The position numbers and the translations under genes were made by a program. The notes under the pieces are model-generated. The model made no database searches. It worked only from the letters and a program-made list of their open reading frames with translations, and had not been told where the DNA came from. DNA of 64,000 nt from an uncultured Nitrospiraceae bacterium (lineage in GTDB: Bacteria > Nitrospirota > Thermodesulfovibrionia > Thermodesulfovibrionales > Dissulfurispiraceae), in the NCBI GenBank assembly GCA_963727805.1, contig CAVSHF010000003.1:576001-640000 (forward strand), in the 5' to 3' direction. Each line of letters starts with the position of its first letter. Position 1 is the stretch's first letter. Positions 60,221 to 64,000 of the stretch are shown one piece after another.

Positions 60221-60802
60221 TCACCTCTCCTTATCAGCCGTTAATGAAATATCTATCTGTATATTGAAAAGATCGCCAGGCCGGTCCTTGCCCTCCCAAC
60301 TTCTGTACAGACCCATGATCACTTCGGTTACCCCACATCTTTGCGCTCTCAAATACCACTTTTTCACAACAGGTTGTCCCACCTTGTCACGGTCGGTTTG
60401 AGTACCTATTGTTTCTTCCTTTATGAGTTCCAGATATTGCTGATCCAGTTTTGCAACCGACCATTCGTATCCAGTGCCGGCGGGAGTACTCAACTCTATT
60501 TCAATAATGCTGCCTATTGATATGGAGATGCTTCTGCCGTTGTCATTTTTAGTCAACTTCATTTTTTCAGCATCTCCGATTATTGAACTTGCGGCATGGG
60601 ATGTTGTCGTACAACACACGCAAAACAAAAAAATAATCACAAACAGCACATACGGTGAAAAGACGGAACTGGACGGATGCCCCCCCGTTGAGACCCCGTT
60701 CGTTAGGGTTATCCTTCTGGGGAAAAAAGATACCAATTGGAGGCGCCGCAAATAAAATTCCCATGCAACGGTATCCGACATGTTATCAATTACATCCTTC
60801 AC
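60221..60802 (-). CDS. Chagasin-family (I42) cysteine protease inhibitor
   Basis: DNGRSISISIG...IEL.TPAGTGYEW...VG...W...G...LYRSWE pattern. The start is uncertain. Confidence 0.82.
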   Translation of the reverse strand: MKDVIDNMSDTVAWEFYLRRLQLVSFFPRRITLTNGVSTGGHPSSSVFSPYVLFVIIFLFCVCCTTTSHAASSIIGDAEKMKLTKNDNGRSISISIGSIIEIELSTPAGTGYEWSVAKLDQQYLELIKEETIGTQTDRDKVGQPVVKKWYLRAQRCGVTEVIMGLYRSWEGKDRPGDLFNIQIDISLTADKER

Positions 60803-61108
60803 TAAAAGACATTTTAAAACTCTCCTGTAATTTCAAAACACATTAATACCCAACAACAAGAAAAGTTAGTCCTTCTTAAGCATTATTGATGGACATATCT
60901 TGACGTAGTTATTGTCCCCTCAATTACTCTGCAAAGCTTTGCCCCTCTGAGTTAATAATGACACAGTATATTTATGTCTACAGTGACACACGTCACAGAC
61001 AAAAGAAACAGAATTCTCCCCTATCATGCTATGCAGACGGAAATGAAGCACTGGTAGGGTTAAATCGGCAATATTGCAGTCAACCGTCAATAAGGAATAA
61101 ATAACGCA

Positions 61109-61135
61109 GGGGCATTCCCTGACAGGGAATGCCCC
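61109..61135 (-). terminator. clpC terminator
   Basis: GGGGCATTCCCT...AGGGAATGCCCC hairpin followed by a U-rich tract on the minus strand. Confidence 0.7.
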
Positions 61136-61165
61136 CTTGATACAAGAATTGTTCCCAGCTTACGA

Positions 61166-63616
61166 TCAGTTGATTAAAGCGAGTACCGACTCCGGCGCTT
61201 CAGTTAATTGAAGAACACCATCCTGAAGGTCCACATTGACCACCGGACAGTCCTTGAACCTGCCCTTCAGGAGCTCTTCCGAAAGTGGATCCTCAATCTC
61301 CTTGTAGATGGCCCGTCTCATCGGTCGCGCTCCATAGACCGGCTGATAATATTTGTTGAGAAGCCATTCTTTGACTTCAGCAGATACATTAAGCGTCAGT
61401 GAGTATTCTATCAACTTCCTGTTCGTCTCCTCGATGAGCAGGTCGATAATCGACAGCAAATGCATTTTTTCGAGAGTGTGGAACACGACGATCTCGTCGA
61501 CGCGGTTCAGGAACTCAGGATTAAATGTCTTCTTCAGCTCTGACAGCACGTTATCCTTCATCTTGTCATAGATGTTCTCTCCTGTCGCACGGTAAAACCC
61601 GAGCGGTGTTGCCTTCTCGATAATCCGTGCGCCGAGGTTCGAAGTCATAATGATAATTGTATTTCTGAAATCAACCTGTCTACCATAGCTGTCCGTCAGT
61701 ACCCCCTCGTCGAGAATCTGGAGCAGGATATTGAAGACCTCCGGATGTGCTTTTTCGATCTCGTCAAAGAGTATGACTGAATAAGGCCTCTTTCTTACCT
61801 TCTCGGTCAATTGCCCACCCTCTTCATACCCGACATACCCCGGAGGGGCTCCGGTAAGACGCGAGACGGTGAATTTCTCCATGTATTCGGACATGTCTAT
61901 CTTCACCAGTGCTTTTTGGTCATTGAACATGAATTCCGCCAGGGCTTTCGCGAGCTCTGTTTTGCCGACCCCAGTCGGTCCGAGAAAGAAAAATGACCCG
62001 ATAGGCCTGTTCTTGCTCTTGAGTCCCACTCTTGAACGGCGAATGGCCTTAGAAACCGCATTGATCGCGAGATCCTGCCCGACAATCCTCGTATGGATGA
62101 TTTCCTCCATCTTCAGAAGTTTTTCGGTCTCGGTCTCTTCCAACTTATAGAGAGGGATGCCGGTCATTTTGGAGACGGTGTATGCTACATCCTCTTCTCC
62201 CACCGAAGGAATTTCATTCGTCAGAGAATCCTTCCATTTTTTGAACTGAATCTCATAGGCCTTCTTTAACAGATCCTCTTGAGTCCTGATCCTCTGGGCC
62301 TTATCGATGTCGTGCAGCCTGACATAGAGGGTCTTCTCTTTGGAAAGCTGCATGAGTTCGTTTTCCATGTCCCTTAACTCCTGGGGCATGGTCGATTTTT
62401 TCAACTTAATCCTCGAACTCGTCTCGTCAATAACGTCGATTGCCTTGTCAGGAAGATACCTGTCGGTAATGTACCGGTCCGAAAACTTCACCGCAGCTGT
62501 CATCGACTCATCGGTTATCTTTACCTTATGGTGCTCCTCATACTTATGACAGACGCCCCTCAGAATGGCGATGGTCGTTTCACTGTCGGTCGGCTGCACA
62601 TGGATTGGCTGGAATCTCCTCTCAAGTGCTCCATCTTTTTCTATATGTTTACGAAACTCATCCGGAGTGGTAGCGCCGATGCACTGGAGCTCTCCCCGCG
62701 CAAGAGCCGGTTTTAGCATGTTCGAGGCATCGACAGAACCCTCGGCAGCACCTGCCCCGATAATAGTGTGAAATTCGTCTATAAAGAGGATAATGTTTTC
62801 CGACTGAAGAATCTCCCTCATCACAGCTTTGAGTCGTTCTTCAAACTGACCACGGTACTTCGTCCCGGCAATAAGGGCACCAAGATCAAGAGCGATTATC
62901 CTCCTTCCGAGCAGGATATCGGGAACATCGCCAAGCACTATTTTCTGCGCCAACCCTTCTACGATGGCGGTCTTGCCGACACCGGGCTCTCCGATAATGG
63001 CCGGATTATTTTTGAGTCTCCTGCCCAGTACCTGGATGACGCGTTCAATTTCTTCATCCCTGCCGATAACAGGGTCCAACTTTCCTTCCGCCGCAAGCAT
63101 CGTAAGGTCACGGCCAAACTCGTCGAGTGCAGGAGTTGTAGTTTTTCTCTTCTCCTTCTGCTGGGCATTCTGAAACTGAGGCTTGATCGAGAGATTGATT
63201 GTCAGCTGCCTGGCCCCTAACAGATTAGCGCCGAGGTTCCTCAGTATCTTGCCGGCTATGCCCTCGTCTTCCCTGATAAGGCCCAATAACAGGTGCTCGC
63301 TACTAATATAGGCATGACCGAGAAGCCGTGCCTCTTCGATCGCAAGCTCAAGCACCTTTTTAGCACGAGGCGTAAAAGGGATGTCTCCGAAAGTCATGAG
63401 ATTGTTGCCCACAGGTAGACTTTTTTCGACCTCATACCGTACTTCCTCTATTGACAGACCCATTTTCTTGAGGATGGTAATCGGAACCCCGTCTTCCTCG
63501 CGCAGTATGGCCAAAACAAGATGCTCCGTACCGAGATAGTCGTTGCTCCTCTTTTCGGCCTCTTCCTTCGCATATATGATTATCTTTCTTCCCTTTTCAG
63601 TGAACTTTTCAAACAT
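61166..63616 (-). CDS. clpC: ATP-dependent Clp protease ATP-binding subunit ClpC
   Basis: Clp-N repeats (MFEKFTE), [11 protein letters not shown]-like middle domain, [17 protein letters not shown]. Confidence 0.96.
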   Translation of the reverse strand: MFEKFTEKGRKIIIYAKEEAEKRSNDYLGTEHLVLAILREEDGVPITILKKMGLSIEEVRYEVEKSLPVGNNLMTFGDIPFTPRAKKVLELAIEEARLLGHAYISSEHLLLGLIREDEGIAGKILRNLGANLLGARQLTINLSIKPQFQNAQQKEKRKTTTPALDEFGRDLTMLAAEGKLDPVIGRDEEIERVIQVLGRRLKNNPAIIGEPGVGKTAIVEGLAQKIVLGDVPDILLGRRIIALDLGALIAGTKYRGQFEERLKAVMREILQSENIILFIDEFHTIIGAGAAEGSVDASNMLKPALARGELQCIGATTPDEFRKHIEKDGALERRFQPIHVQPTDSETTIAILRGVCHKYEEHHKVKITDESMTAAVKFSDRYITDRYLPDKAIDVIDETSSRIKLKKSTMPQELRDMENELMQLSKEKTLYVRLHDIDKAQRIRTQEDLLKKAYEIQFKKWKDSLTNEIPSVGEEDVAYTVSKMTGIPLYKLEETETEKLLKMEEIIHTRIVGQDLAINAVSKAIRRSRVGLKSKNRPIGSFFFLGPTGVGKTELAKALAEFMFNDQKALVKIDMSEYMEKFTVSRLTGAPPGYVGYEEGGQLTEKVRKRPYSVILFDEIEKAHPEVFNILLQILDEGVLTDSYGRQVDFRNTIIIMTSNLGARIIEKATPLGFYRATGENIYDKMKDNVLSELKKTFNPEFLNRVDEIVVFHTLEKMHLLSIIDLLIEETNRKLIEYSLTLNVSAEVKEWLLNKYYQPVYGARPMRRAIYKEIEDPLSEELLKGRFKDCPVVNVDLQDGVLQLTEAPESVLALIN

Positions 63617-64000
63617 ATGCTTGTCTCCTCAAAGCCTTTTTCTCCTAATAAAAGTTTACTCGCTTTACCCGGCGCTTGTCAAATAATGGCGCCAAATTTT
63701 AGCTTGTATCGTCGTTCCTGCATTGGTTATTCTAACGTATGTTTGCAGACGTCGTATTCCCCTTAAGACTTTCTCCTCTCACATACAAGGTCCCGGAAGG
63801 CTCGCCAGCCGATCTCATAGGTAGAATTGTCAGAGCACCATTGATGAATAGCAGCAAATTGGGATTGGTTGTGGAGGTGAGAGAGACTTCTACCTATGAA
63901 ACAATAAAGACAAAAGAATTAATCAGTGTCCATGACACTTTTGCATCCGCTGACTATCTTCAATTCATAAAGTGGCTCTCCGAATATTATCTTTCGCCAT

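Noticed and set aside
1..64000. tRNA, rRNA, integrase or prophage genes
   Set aside because: No cloverleaf or rRNA signatures and no phage or recombinase motifs were recognised by eye.

Overview
This is a bacterial chromosomal window. Its gene content (multiheme cytochromes c, a LutC/LutB-A lactate module, many PAS/GAF two-component kinases, clpC, pal) suggests an anaerobic Gram-negative organism, possibly Nitrospirota or Desulfobacterota; that taxonomy is inference only. A core-like block at the left end (multiheme cytochrome, SulP, DUF4416, TlpA) and clpC at the right end flank about 57 kb of mosaic accessory DNA. The mosaic holds signalling genes, two P-type ATPases, methyltransferases, an intact IS4-family element with a 9-bp target duplication, and many eroded gene fragments. 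The main non-coding elements are an ORF-less group II intron whose exon-binding sites match its insertion site (35977-36614), a c-di-GMP-I riboswitch with an overlapping terminator, a 14-nt motif shared upstream of both P-type ATPase units (candidate Na+-I/DUF1646-like riboswitch), and a sigma-54 promoter before an orphan ORF. Two unrelated secreted proteins, a riboswitch-controlled beta-rich protein and a papain-like protease paired with a chagasin inhibitor, end in the same five-fold ~61-aa Cys-containing repeat module. That module is a candidate shared surface-display or anchoring system. No rRNA, tRNA or CRISPR array was seen. All family assignments come from motif recognition by eye; no database search was run.
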